A DNA stretch of 64,000 nucleotides from Bilabrum cf. latius (taxonomy: Eukaryota): the NCBI GenBank assembly GCA_965178125.1, contig OZ237764.1:620001-684000 (forward strand). Reading direction: 5' to 3'. Positions 13,901-26,027 of the stretch are shown one piece after another; within the stretch, counting starts at the first letter, position 1; each line of letters opens with the position of its first letter. The notes under the pieces were generated by a model. It saw only the letters and a list, made by a program, of their open reading frames with translations. It was not told where the DNA came from and did not search any database. Both the position numbers and the translations under genes were made by a program.

Positions 13901-16900
13901 TCAACTATCGCGCGTGTCCATGTGGGTCCGTTCGGCCTACATCGTGCATCCATCCTCGGCCTACTTGGCGCTCCAGTGGATCCGAACCAATATTTACTTC
14001 GATGTGATCCATCTTTCTCGGCACATCGATGGGACTTCGGTCCGTTGGGCTCGGCTGCTGCTTGCGCCACGGTCTCCCGGGTGTGTGCTCGCCGATGGCA
14101 TTTTCGCGCGATCTCTGCGTCCCTCCCTTTCGTACTTGTTCCTACGCACGGCCATGCATGTAGAAACATATTCAAATGGTTCGATCTTACGGTTTTCCGA
14201 CGACCCAGCCTTTCCGTTGGCGAGGCGCGCTCCGCTTTTCCGGTCGCACCTCGAAAGCAACCACTTTCGGCCAGATCAGCCATCGTACCAGGATACAGCA
14301 CGATTTGCACCTATCGAGTGACTGATCATTTGAATTGTGCAGGGTGGGCACGTAGTCAGCTTGGACTCCATCGTCCTCTGGCTGCCGACGACAGCAGGCT
14401 CGGTGAGCCTTCGTCATCGTCCAGACAACCCTGCAGCTCGCACCAGGCGTGCGTGCAGGAGGTCGAAGCGAGCAGCGCGGTGTGGCGCAGCTCGTAGACG
14501 GAGGCCGGCCTGGAGCCTGGTCGGTTGACGCAGCATCAGTGGTGGGCTGGTGCTGTGTCTTGCGCGGGTGCCGGAGCTTGGCCACGGTGGCCTGCTGCTC
14601 CCTGCGCCCCACGCGCAGTTCCTCCCGCTCCGGCGGATGAGTCAGCAGTGGCACGTTGCCACCGGCTGACGACGACAGCAGGCTCGGTGAGCCTTCGTCA
14701 TCGTCCAGAAAACCCTGCAGCTCGCACCAGGCGTGCGTGCAGGAGGTCGAAGCGAGCAGCGCGGTGTGGCGCAGCTCGTAGACGGAGGCCGGCCTGGAGC
14801 CTGGTCGGTTGACGCAGCATCAGTGGTGGGCTGGTGCTGTGTCTTTGCGCGGGTGCCGGAGCTTGGCCACGATGGCCTGCTGCTCCCTGCGCCCCACGCG
14901 CAGTTCCTCCCGCTCCGGCGGATGAGTCAGCAGTGGCACGTTGCCACCGGCTGACGACGACAGCAGGCTCGGTGAGCCTTCGTCATCGTCCAGAAAACCC
15001 TGCAGCTCGCACCAGGCGTGCGTGCAGGAGGTCGAAGCGAGCAGCGCGGTGTGGCGCAGCTCGTAGACGGAGGCCGGCCTGGAGCCTGGTCGGTTGCCGC
15101 AGCATCAGTGGTGGGCTGGTGCTGTGTCTTGCGCGGGTGCCGGAGCCTGGCCACGATGGCCTGCTGCTCCCTGCGCCCACGCGCAGTTCCTCCCGCTCCG
15201 GCGGATGAGTCAGCAGTGGCACGTTGCCACCGGCTGACGACGACAGCAGGCTCGGTGAGCCTTCGTCATCGTCCAGAAAACCCTGCAGCTCGCACCAGGC
15301 GTGCGTGCAGGAGGTCGAAGCGAGCAGCGCGGTGTGGCGCAGCTCGTAGACGGAGGCCGGCCTGGAGCCTGGTCGGTTGACGCAGCATCAGTGGTGGGCT
15401 GGTGCTGTGTCTTGCGCGGGTGCCGGAGCTTGGCCACGATGGCCTGCTGCTCCCTGTGCCCCACGCGCAGTTCCTCCCGCTCCGGCGGATGAGTCAGCAG
15501 TGGCGCGTTGCCACCGGCTGACGACGACAGCAGGCTCGGTGAGCCTTCGTCATCGTCCAGAAAACCCTGCAGCTCGCACCAGGCGTGCGTGCAGGAGGTC
15601 GAAGCGAGCAGCGCGGTGTGGCGCAGCTCGTAGACGGAGGCCGGCCTGGAGCCTGGTCGGTTGCCGCAGCATCAGTGGTGGGCTGGTGCTGTGTCTTGCG
15701 CGGGTGCCGGAGCTGGGCCACGATGGCCTGCTGCTCCCTGCGCCCCACGCGCAGTTCCTCCCGCTCCGGCGGATGAGTCAGCAGTGGCACGTTGCCACCG
15801 GCTGACGACGACAGCAGGCTCGATGAGCCTTCGTCATCGTCCAGAAAACCCTGCAGCTCGCACCAGGCGTGCGTGCAGGAGGTCGAAGCGAGCAGCGCGG
15901 TGTGGCGCAGCTCGTAGACGGAGGCCGGCCTGGAGCCTGGTCGGTTGACGCAGCATCAGTGGTGGGCTGGTGCTGTGCCTTGCGCGGGTGCCGGAGCCTC
16001 GCCACGATGGCCTGCTGCTCCCTGCGCCCCACGCGCAGTTCCTCCCGCTCCGGCGGATGAGTCAGCAGTGGCACGTTGCCACCGGCTGACGACGACAGCA
16101 GGCTCGATGAGCCTTCGTCATCGTCCAGAAAACCCTGCAGCTCGCACCAGGCGTGCGTGCAGGAGGTCGAAGCGAGCAGCGCGGTGTGGCGCAGCTCGTA
16201 GACGGAGGCCGGCCTGGAGCCTGGTCGGTTGACGCAGCATCAGTGGTGGGCTGGTGTTGTGTCTTGCGTGGGTGCCGGAGCCTGGCCACGGTGGCCTGCT
16301 GCTCCCTGCGCCCCACGCGCAGTTCCTCCCGCTCCGGCGGATGAGTCAGCAGTGGCACGTTGCCACCGGCTGACGACGACAGCAGGCTCGGTGAGCCTTC
16401 GTCATCGTCCAGAAAACCCTGCAGCTCGCACCAGGCGTGCGTGCAGGAGGTCGAAGCGAGCAGCGCGGTGTGGCGCAGCTCGTAGACGGAGGCCGGCCTG
16501 GAGCCTGGTCGGTTGACGCAGCATCAGTGGTGGGCTGGTGCTGTGTCTTTGCGCGGGTGCCGGAGCTTGGCCACGATGGCCTGCTGCTCCCTGCGCCCCA
16601 CGCGCAGTTCCTCCCGCTCCGGCGGATGAGTCAGCAGTGGCACGTTGCCACCGGCTGACGACGACAGCAGGCTCGGTGAGCCTTCGTCATCGTCCAGAAA
16701 ACCCTGCAGCTCGCACCAGGCGTGCGTGCAGGAGGTCGAAGCGAGCAGCGCGGTGTGGCGCAGCTCGTAGACGGAGGCCGGCCTGGAGCCTGGTCGGTTG
16801 ACGCAGCATCAGTGGTGGGCTGGTGCTGTGTCTTGCGCGGGTGCCGGAGCCTGGCCACGATGGCCTGCTGCTCCCTGCGCCCCACGCGCAGTTCCTCCCG

Positions 16901-19900
16901 CTCCGGCGGATGAGTCAGCAGTGGCACGTTGCCACCGGCTGACGACGACAGCAGGCTCGGTGAGCCTTCGTCATCGTCCAGAAAACCCTGCAGCTCGCAC
17001 CAGGCGTGCGTGCAGGAGGTTGAAGCGAGCAGCGCGGTGTGGCGCAGCTCGTAGACGGAGGCCGGCCTGGAGCCTGGTCGGTTGCCGCAGCATCAGTGGT
17101 GGGCTGGTGCTGCGTCTTTGCGCGGGTGCCGGAGCTTGGCCACGATGGCCTGCTGCTCCCTGCGCCCCACGCGCAGTTCCTCCCGCTCCGGCGGATGAGT
17201 CAGCAGTGGCACGTTGCCACCGACTGACGACGACAGCAGGCTCGGTGAGCCTTCGTCATCGTCCAGAAAACCCTGCAGCTCGCACCAGGCGTGCGTGCAG
17301 GAGGTCGAAGCGAGCAGCGCGGTGTGGCGCAGCTCGTAGACGGAGGCCGGCCTGGAGCCTGGTCGGTTGACGCAGCATCAGTGGTGGGCTGGTGCTGTGT
17401 CTTGCGCGGGTGCCGGAGCCTGGCCACGGTGGCCTGCTGCTCCCTGCGCCCCACGCGCAGTTCTCCCGCTCCGGCGGATGAGTCAGCAGTGGCACGTTGC
17501 CACCGGCTGACGACGACAGCAGGCTCGGTGAGCCTTCGTCATCGTCCAGAAAACCCTGCAGCTCGCACCAGGCGTGCGTGCAGGAGGTCGAAGCGAGCAG
17601 CGCGGTGTGGCGCAGCTCGTAGACGGAGGCCGGCCTGGAGCCTGGTCGGTTGACGCAGCATCAGTGGTGGGCTGGTGCTGTGTCTTTGCGCGGGTGCCGG
17701 AGCTTGGCCACGATGGCCTGCTGCTGCCTGCGCCCCACGCGCAGTTCTCCCGCTCCGGCGAATGAGTCAGCAGTGGCACGTTGCCACCGACTGACGACGA
17801 CAGCAGGCTCGGTGAGCCTTCGTCATCGTCCAGAAAACCCTGCAGCTCGCACCAGGCGTGCGTGCAGGAGGTCGAAGCGAGCAGCGCGGTGTGGCGCAGC
17901 TCGTAGACGGAGGCCGGCCTGGAGCCTGGTCGGTTGCCGCAGCATCAGTGGTGGGCTGGTGCTGTGTCTTGCGCGGGTGCCGGAGCCTGGCCACGATGGC
18001 CTGCTGCTCCCTGCGCCCCACGCGCAGTTCTCCCGCTCCGGCGGATGAGTCAGCAGGGGCACGTTGCCACCGACTGACGACGACAGCAGGCTCGGTGAGC
18101 CTTCGTCATCGTCCAGAAAACCCTGCAGCTCGCACCAGGCGTGCGTGCAGGAGGTCGAAGCGAGCAGCGCGGTGTGGCGCAGCTCGTAGACGGAGGCCGG
18201 CCTGGAGCCTGGTCGGTTGACGCAGCATCAGTGGTGGGCTGGTGCTGTGTCTTTGCGCGGGTGCCGGAGCTTGGCCACGATGGCCTGCTGCTCCCTGCGC
18301 CCCACGCGCAGTTCCTCCCGCTCCGGCGGATGAGTCAGCAGTGGCACGTTGCCACCGGCTGACGACGACAGCAGGCTCGGTGAGCCTTCGTCATCGTCCA
18401 GAAAACCCTGCAGCTCGCACCAGGCGTGCGTGCAGGAGGTTGAAGCGAGCAGCGCGGTGTGGCGCAGCTCGTAGACGGAGGCCGGCCTGGAGCCTGGTCG
18501 GTTGACGCAGCATCAGTGGTGGGCTGGTGCTGTGTCTTTGCGCGGGTGCCGGAGCTTGGCCACGATGGCCTGCTGCTCCCTGCGCCCCACGCGCAGTTCC
18601 TCCCGCTCCGGCGGATGAGTCAGCAGTGGCACGTTGCCACCGGCTGACGACGACAGCAGGCTCGGTGAGCCTTCGTCATCGTCCAGAAAACCCTGCAGCT
18701 CGCACCAGGCGTGCGTGCAGGAGGTCGAAGCGAGCAGCGCGGTGTGGCGCAGCTCGTAGACGGAGGCCGGCCTGGAGCCTGGTCGGTTGCCGCAGCATCA
18801 GTGGTGGGCTGGTGCTGTGTCTTGCGCGGGTGCCGGAGCTTGGCCACGGTGGCCTGCTGCTCCCTGCGCCCCACGCGCAGTTCCTCCCGCTCCGGCGGAT
18901 GAGTCAGCAGTGGCACGTTGCCACCGGCTGACGACGACAGCAGGCTCGGTGAGCCTTCGTCATCGTCCAGAAAACCCTGCAGCTCGCACCAGGCGTGCAT
19001 GCAGGAGGTCGAAGCGAGCAGCGCGGTGTGGCGCAGCTCGTAGACGGAGGCCGGCCTGGAGCCTGGTCGGTTGACGCAGCATCAGTGGTGGGCTGGTGCT
19101 GTGTCTTTGCGCGGGTGCCGGAGCCTGGCCACGATGGCCTGCTGCTCCCTGCGCCCACGCGCAGTTCTCCCGCTCCGGCGGATGAGTCAGCAGTGGCACG
19201 TTGCCATTGACTGACGCCCCCTCGTCAGGCTTGCTCCCTACATCCAGTAGTTTGGAGCACCCTGATTTCCCGCTTTGCGGATGAGTCACTGCGGGTATAT
19301 TCTCCGGCAGCTGACGATCTCTTGGGCCACATGGTTCCTCGCCCAGGAACAGGCATGTAGACACAGTGGTAGCCACTCCACTGGCCTACTTGCAGGTTCC
19401 CAATCGACTGGTTCTTCCACGGATGTCGCCGTACGTACCTCCTTTGGCACAACCCGACTGCATAGTCGATGAGTTGTGTCAACGGACTCAACGCCGGCGC
19501 GGTTTCGTCCCTGACCTACGGTCGTCGACTCGACTACCGCTATCATCGACTGTTTCCACACGTCCTACAGATGGTCCCGACAACCAGTCAACTTCAATGA
19601 TCAAGGCATGGCGATGTAAGACTTGGCTGATAGTGGAGCGGACGCGCAACCGACGGTTCTGGTGCTTTCCAACCGACGTCGGCGCGCGGTCTGCTCAGAT
19701 TGGCCATGCTTTGCCCATGTCTTGATTGAACTGGAGACGAAGTGTGTCGAGTAAGCATCGTTGCATCATAATGCTAACGCCGAATGGGGTTCGGGGTTGA
19801 TGTGGCGATGCGTTCGAGACTCGAACACAGGCTCCGGTCTACCAACGCGAGGTTGCAACCGCCAGTGCGACCAGCAGCTTGCGAGGCATTCCCTCGTCTC

Positions 19901-20199
19901 CTTCCTTAGGGAAGGGGGCGGGGCAGCGCGGCAGTGGCCGTTCCGGCTCATGCCGTTGTTTTGTCCCACCCTCCTCTCCCTGGTTTGGCTGATAGTGGAG
20001 CGGACGCGCAACCGACGGTTCTGGTGCTTTCCAACCGACGTCGGCGCGCGGTCTGCTCAGATTGGCCATGCTTTGCCCATGTCTTGATTGAACTGGAGAC
20101 GAAGTGTGTCGAGTAAGCATCGTTGCATCAAAATATTAGTATCCCGAAATGAAGGACGTATACAAGGAATCCAACGAACGATTAGATTAGAATATTTAA
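10945..20199 (+). CDS. Primase (prim-pol/PriCT-2)-SF2 UL9-like helicase fusion; coding parts 10945-13653 and 20131-20199, split by the Ngaro-like insert
   Basis: ITVFDID, GGYHLYF, DIRNDGAYVVAPPS, W*EWSKK..KYD, Walker A KSDTGTGKTT, Walker B FLDEFNS, motif VI-like *QLARCR; single frame with more than 15 in-frame TAG. Confidence 0.85.
13654..20130 (+). mobile_element. Non-autonomous Ngaro-type (tyrosine-recombinase retrotransposon) element with split direct repeats A1...B1-A2-B2
   Basis: A1 13654-13849 = A2 19769-19964 (196 bp); B1 19623-19768 = B2 19985-20130 (146 bp); GC-rich; no TSD; no RT/RNase H/YR ORF seen. Confidence 0.85.
14381..19207. repeat. Tandem array, 17 copies of a ~284-bp GC-rich unit
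   Basis: Same motif recurs at 14449, 14733, 15018 ... 18995 (283-285 bp period) with only scattered substitutions/1-bp indels. Confidence 0.95.
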
Positions 20200-20257
20200 T
20201 ACCTTTTTTATGTGTTTAAAATAACTTAAACATTATATATTTATATAATATATAGTG

Positions 20258-20560
20258 ATGAGCGATATTTAGAGTTCAAGCAATACAGAGGAACAACCAA
20301 AAAATAATTATATGTAGGAATATTACAAAACAAACAAAGACAAATGGAATAAAAAATATTTAGCTAGAGGAAATGAAAAAGTTAAATGCGATGTGTGTGA
20401 TTGTTATTATAGAAGGAAGGACAGAACGAGACACGAACGAACAAAGAAACATCAAAAAAATCTTAAAGAACCAAAAAAAGATATACTAGAGGAATATATC
20501 AAGAAACTTAATCAAACCTTGCTTAATAGCGGGATTAAACCACCGGAGATATCAATTTAA
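20258..20560 (+). CDS. Small C2H2-type zinc-finger protein
   Basis: KVKCDVCDCYYRRKDRTRHERTKKH; 2 TAG; similar to inner-element gene 43017-43289. Confidence 0.7.
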
Positions 20561-20600
20561 ATCTATCTATTTATTTATTTTTTATAAATAAAAAGATTTT

Positions 20601-21122
20601 TCAACCTTTAATAACCATCCAATTAGCCGACCAATCATTAGAGGAATTACCACCCGTTAAATGAATCGTAAATCCATCGGTTCCTGCTACTACGTGGGAA
20701 AATTCAACCGGCTCACTGGCGGGGGTGATTGTAGTAATAAAAACCAAATCACTAGAAGTCATACCCGGAACACTAGCAAATTCAGTAGCACCTCCACCAC
20801 TCCAAGTTACCCTTCCTTTATGCGCTACGGTGTTATTTGCTACTACTTCACCTTTTACGGTTAAATCACATTCGTGCCCGTCTTCATCAAAACTCATAAC
20901 TAAACCAGCAGATGCGGTATTGGCACCGAATCGTAAAGCTTCACCCGAAGTGATGTAAGAGATACCCTTACTGTCAAGATGTAATCCTGCGTTGCTAACA
21001 ACTACATCACTACTATTCACAACAGCATTTACATATAGACCACTACTATCTAATCTACCAGTTGCGACATTCTTACATTGAATAGATATATCATTAGGTT
21101 GCGATAATCTTGCTAAGCTCAT
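20601..21122 (-). CDS. Putative virion fibre/spike-like protein
   Basis: Beta-rich Gly/Ser/Val protein; GEALRFGANTASAGLVMSFDEDGHECD aligns by eye with 48965-49456. Function inferred. Confidence 0.5.
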   Translation of the reverse strand: MSLARLSQPNDISIQCKNVATGRLDSSGLYVNAVVNSSDVVVSNAGLHLDSKGISYITSGEALRFGANTASAGLVMSFDEDGHECDLTVKGEVVANNTVAHKGRVTWSGGGATEFASVPGMTSSDLVFITTITPASEPVEFSHVVAGTDGFTIHLTGGNSSNDWSANWMVIKG

Positions 21123-21175
21123 TTTTTGTATATATAAATAAGAGAAAAACTAAAACTTATATCAAACCTATAATA

Positions 21176-21883
21176 TTAAACTTTCATTAATTTTTTAGCT
21201 CTATCTACGGCGTCCATAAAGCTATCTTTTAATGTTGGTTCATTCCATAATACAAACCTAGACCAAAAAGCGGGGGATTTATAGTCTTTAAAGTCTTCAT
21301 TTATTGAATGTCTTTTAATATAATTTTTCTTTTTACGGTTTGCTTCCTTCTCTCCATCTTTATTATAATATTGTATAAAGTCCATATAAGGGGTACCATC
21401 ATTCTTAATTCCACCAAAATGAACAGTAAACAGAATATTATTACCTTGAACTACTTTAATCATATATTTTTTAATTGATTTAGTTGATTTATATAAATTA
21501 AAAACTGGTTTAGGTCTAAATGATTTCACGTGTCCGTTATTAAATTTTTCCTTCATTGCTTCCTCTATTTCTTCCGTGTCTAATTCTCCAAAGGTTAAAG
21601 GGGTCTCTTTATTTATTCTTTTAGTGGGTCTATATATATCTCCTTTTTCCTAATATCCCTTTTCTCCCTTCTAATTCTTCCAATCCTCTAATTTCCACCT
21701 TCTTAAATTTTTCTATGCTTCATTTAATTTAATTTTATCATATGTCCCCCCTAGTTTTTTATATGATTTAAAGTATGCTAATGAACGATAAGCTGAAGGC
21801 TTTTTATACGTTCTATTTACTTTCTCAACTGCCTGACGCCATAATTTAGGACTATTAATATAACTAGGTATATTATCATTCAT
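21176..21883 (-). CDS. Tlr6F-like protein fused to a second conserved virophage/NCLDV small domain
   Basis: YKKPSAYRS..YKKLGGTY..LRRWKLEDWKN*KGEKGY..DIYRPTKRINKETPLTFGEL, then KKY..VHFG..YIKRH..SPAFWSRFVLW; 3 TAG. Family recalled from motifs. Confidence 0.65.
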
Positions 21884-22077
21884 CTATATAATTAATAAAA
21901 TGATAATTTTTTAATAGCGTGAGCCGTTTTCTTTCTATATTCTTCATAGAGTCTTTTATTATTTGGATTCTTCATTAATTTATTTTTTACCTTCTTTAAT
22001 GCCTTCTTAATAGCATACTAAACAAAGATATTACTAATAATATTAATCATATATTATATAATTAATAAATATTTAAT

Positions 22078-23577
22078 TCAAAGCATTAAACCGCCTTTTT
22101 TTCCTTTCCTTGATATAATTTCTTCTTTTTCATTTACGACCATTAAATCATTCTATCCGTGGATAATTAATTTCTATCCTTCTTCATTTATCTATTCTTC
22201 TTTATATTCACCTAATTCTTTACCTACTTTAAAATTTAATCTTTTGTTAAATGTGATACTGTCGGTGTGAATTCGTATAATATGTTTAGCGTTGTTCTTA
22301 TTCACTTTCTTCATCAATCGTTGTCTTCCATATGCCAGAATAAAAGGTTTCAATTTTCCCCAGCTATATTTAAAGGGTACTTTATGTTTCAAATGATAAA
22401 TAAATTCTCCGTCATTATCCATTTCTACACGGTCAATATCAAATTTATCTATATTTATTTTTTTATCATCTTTTGATGTAATTGTCTTTTTAGAGGAACT
22501 ACATAATTTACCCCATAATGAATTTAATATTTCTTTTGCTAGATATGATTTGCTTTTTAATTTGTAGAACATTGAGACATAGGATTTAAAAAGTGTTTCA
22601 CCTTTGATATATTTATCATAGGTCATAAAATTAAATTCGTCGCTTGACATCTCTATCTCACACCCATATTTAACAAACATATTCATATCAGTAAAGACAT
22701 AATAAGTAAATTCATTTTCAAATACCTTCATCATTTGAAAGATATTCGGGTCGCATTTTCCACGGCTTACCTTACATTTATAAATCCCTATTTCGTTTTT
22801 ATTATTTATCTATTTATTATCAATTGTTTTATAAATAGGATTTCCATATGGTAGTAGTGAATTAGATGACATAATGGCGGGGTAATGACTATTTATATCG
22901 TAGGTGATAAACTCCTCATATTGTCCCTTCTTGTGATATTGAATCCCGCCACGCGTTGAACCTTCAATAAATACCGCTTCCTCTGGGGTTATATCTGGTG
23001 GGCTATCTATCATCATATTAAACATTGTAAAGAAATGAAGGGCTGTTTGTCTGATTCCATATTTCATTACATCTAATGATGGGTTCTCGTCGTGTAATTC
23101 ATCACTTGCTATACTCAGCCTTAAGCTCCATTCTTTGATATCTTCATCCTCTGGGCATTCGTGAATGGTGTAATGAAGATAATATTTCTTTGAATGATAA
23201 TCGGTTAGGCTCTCAACTCTATATTTATCTTTTTCAATTATTTCGGCTTTATCGGTTAATTTAACAACCATAGATTTATGGCACCGCACAAATAAAGGTT
23301 TCATCCTCTAGACGGCTTTAAATGAACCATCTTTATATTCTAAACAAACCCTTTTAAAACTCTTTTTTTTCCTACTTAGATAATAGACCTTTATATCGTC
23401 TTTCTCTCTAATCTCTATATCCATTTTTAAACCTGAAACAAGTTTATAAAGGTTCTTTGTAGTTATGGGCTTACCGTTAAATACCTTTTCTAGATACTTC
23501 ACGGATTGAATGGGGTTATCATACTTTTTACCAAAGCATATATTTAATTGATTTAACACATTTTCGTAATTTATCAT
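22078..23577 (-). CDS. Short family-B DNA polymerase-like protein (499 aa)
   Basis: Motif A YDINSHYPAIM, motif B KEILNSLWGKL, motif C RIHTDSI; three track ORFs join in frame across TAG; ends in TGA. Confidence 0.85.
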
Positions 23578-23655
23578 TTCCTATAGTATATTATATTTAA
23601 TATATTTTTAAGCCATTTTAAACACATATTATAAAGTTTAAATTATAAAATGTAA

Positions 23656-23997
23656 TTATTGTTTCGGAGCAGTGAGGATTAATATAAATCTCTTCACTTG
23701 CTCATCACTTAAGAAGGTATAACGAGAAGAAGGACTGAATAACATTACATCATCCTTTAATTTAAATGGTGAACCAGTTCGCCAGCCTATGGGGTAGAGA
23801 GAGCTAACATACGCATCATAATTCTTTAAATGGGGCTTTTGTTTTAATAACCTCTAGATATATTTTTTTAATAAAGTCTTCATTTCTAAATCATTATATC
23901 CATCATCTGGACGAGGAGGGAACACGAAATTATATACGGGCTTATTGTTTTTAACAAGTTGAGTTCTAACAATTTGAATATCACTTAATTTAACCAT
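23656..23997 (-). CDS. Hypothetical protein similar to the N-terminus of the inner-element PolB
   Basis: RTQLVKNNKPVYNFVF...GWRT vs RTKLRLNGKPIWSMRF...GWRT (41174 gene); 1 TAG. Confidence 0.6.
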
Positions 23998-24089
23998 TTT
24001 TATATATATACTATAGATATTTTATTTTTAAGCCAAATACACGCGTTTAAAATGACTTAAAGATTTTATTTTATTATAATATATATAGA

Positions 24090-24635
24090 ATGTCAAAATT
24101 TGAGAGTTATGAACCAAGCGAATTAATGGAACTTTTAGAAGAGGGAGCCGTAAAGAAAGCCAAGAAATATATTAATCAATTCTTCTTTAAAACTTTTAAA
24201 GGGATATTTTTTAATAATACCGTAGAAGATAAATTTGAACTAGTGGATGAAGACGAATTAAATGGTTTGTATCTAACCCCTGATATGAAAACCGACAGTG
24301 CCAAAAATCCATTTGTTCCATACATTTATATGTTTTCTAGTGAGCCCCCGATTTATTATACAGGAAATTTTGAGAGTAAAGACCCCATAATGACAATTAA
24401 AAAGAAGGACAAACCCATCAAATATATTAATTTGTCATACGGTCAATTTATACCCGAGGAAGTAGAGGAACCAGAAGAAGAAGAAGAACCAATAAGACCC
24501 AAGAAAAAGACTAAGAAGAGGAATAAGAAGAAACAAAAACGTGATAATAATAGAAATGTTGATAAACCAGATGATGAAGATGATGATGAAGAAACCTTTA
24601 GAGACCAACTAAACGAGGCATTAAAAGATTTCTAA
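24090..24635 (+). CDS. Hypothetical protein similar to the N-terminal domain of the inner-element SF3 helicase
   Basis: SYEPSELMELLEEGAVKKAKKYINQFFFKT vs AYSSKSLMDLCNAGKQEECIQYLRQYFYRT. Confidence 0.65.
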   Translation: MSKFESYEPSELMELLEEGAVKKAKKYINQFFFKTFKGIFFNNTVEDKFELVDEDELNGLYLTPDMKTDSAKNPFVPYIYMFSSEPPIYYTGNFESKDPIMTIKKKDKPIKYINLSYGQFIPEEVEEPEEEEEPIRPKKKTKKRNKKKQKRDNNRNVDKPDDEDDDEETFRDQLNEALKDF

Positions 24636-24957
24636 ATAATTTAATATTTATACTAATATTAAATATGATATCTTTATTAATAATTGAACACCTTGACCAT
24701 CTAATAAAAGGGCTAGAATATTAAAATATATATGGTTATCTCTATAATAAAATCCATACGATGGCTATATCCACAAATTGCGTATTAGTATATGTATTAT
24801 TTAGCAAAACGTGGATGGATTAGTTTTATGAAGATGATTTGATTGATATCGTATTTCTAGCCCAAAAGTTCCATCACTTTAGAAGGTTGTAATATAGCCC
24901 CTTCTAACTCCCATCATCAATATGTTAAATATTAATTTTATCATTAATATCTAATTA

Positions 24958-25509
24958 TTATTTACCAATATGACATTTATAACAAATTGAATATTTCATA
25001 TCTTTAATTCTAGACACTCCGCATTTTTTACACGCCTTTTTACCATATTTTGTAATCGTATAACAAGACTTACAGGTTGTCCTCCAATCACTTCTAAGCA
25101 TTTTACAAAGACACACATCACATCTTTTTTCATTCCTCTTTTTTTCCTCTAACTTATTCTATTTCTTTTCTAACTCAATATGTCTTATTCCTTCACAGTG
25201 CTTATTATATCGGTCTCTTGCGACATCCTTTTTACATATTCCACACCACTTATATAAACATTTTTTACGAATTTGATTTTCTTTATCCTTTATCATCTAC
25301 TTTATACAACTAGAACCCACTTTAAAAACATATCCACTAGGGGTATGCTCTATTTCGTGCTCGGTTCGTATCTCGTGCCCACAAATACAATTACCCAATT
25401 TATCACCTTGAATAACGGTTGAGCCAATATGAATTAATTTCTTCTAAATGTCCATCCATTTTATATTACCGGTATGTTCCTATATTTGTTCAATACACTT
25501 TTTACACAT
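24958..25509 (-). CDS. Cys-rich zinc-ribbon protein
   Basis: CICGHEI...VGSSCI plus several CxxC pairs; open through TAG to TAA. Confidence 0.7.
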
Positions 25510-25649
25510 TCTCTATATAATATCTATATAATATAATCTTTAAGTCATTTTAAACGCGTTATATTATAAAAAAGGGGCTTTAAAATAGACACTATAGAAA
25601 TAGATGATTATAATAATTAATAATTTAATAATATTAATTAATAAAATGA

Positions 25650-25940
25650 TTATCTTGCCTTATATAATTGAATGGGTTTCTTTTCTAACAGACAAACAGC
25701 CAAATAATGAAGTACAATGTCATCATCTCTATACTTATTCCTCGTCTATATAATACATTTATAGGTTGAATATTTGAGATATAATAGCTTCTCTCTACTG
25801 TCTTTTTTTAATTGCTTGGTGATTTCTTTTACCTAATCACTGTTTGTAAAAATTACGGTCAAAACTCCATCAATTTCTGTCTGGATATAGACATCGTGTG
25901 TAGGCGGTAGATTCTCAATAATTTTATTTAACTTTTCCAT
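25650..25940 (-). CDS. Hypothetical protein (96 aa)
   Basis: Open through 2 TAG to TAA; preceded by the element's upstream motif. Confidence 0.5.
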
Positions 25941-26027
25941 TTGATATATATTAGTTAGTTAATATATATTTAAGTCATTTTAAACGTTTAAGATGTGCTT
26001 AAAAGATTATTTAATTGATTGAATTGC

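Noticed and set aside
14665-14712. Hammerhead ribozyme (CTGACGA...GAAA) in the repeat unit
   Set aside because: Stem II does not close next to the core and I could not build stems I/III with a cleavage triplet; needs a covariance search.
14381-19207. CRISPR-like array
   Set aside because: Units are near-identical over their whole length; no unique spacers and no cas genes.
13636-20120. Many track ORFs inside the GC-rich insert, including a YELRHT string resembling a tyrosine-recombinase box
   Set aside because: Period is not a multiple of 3, frames shift between units, and no other YR/RT motifs are present; expected by chance in GC-rich repeats.
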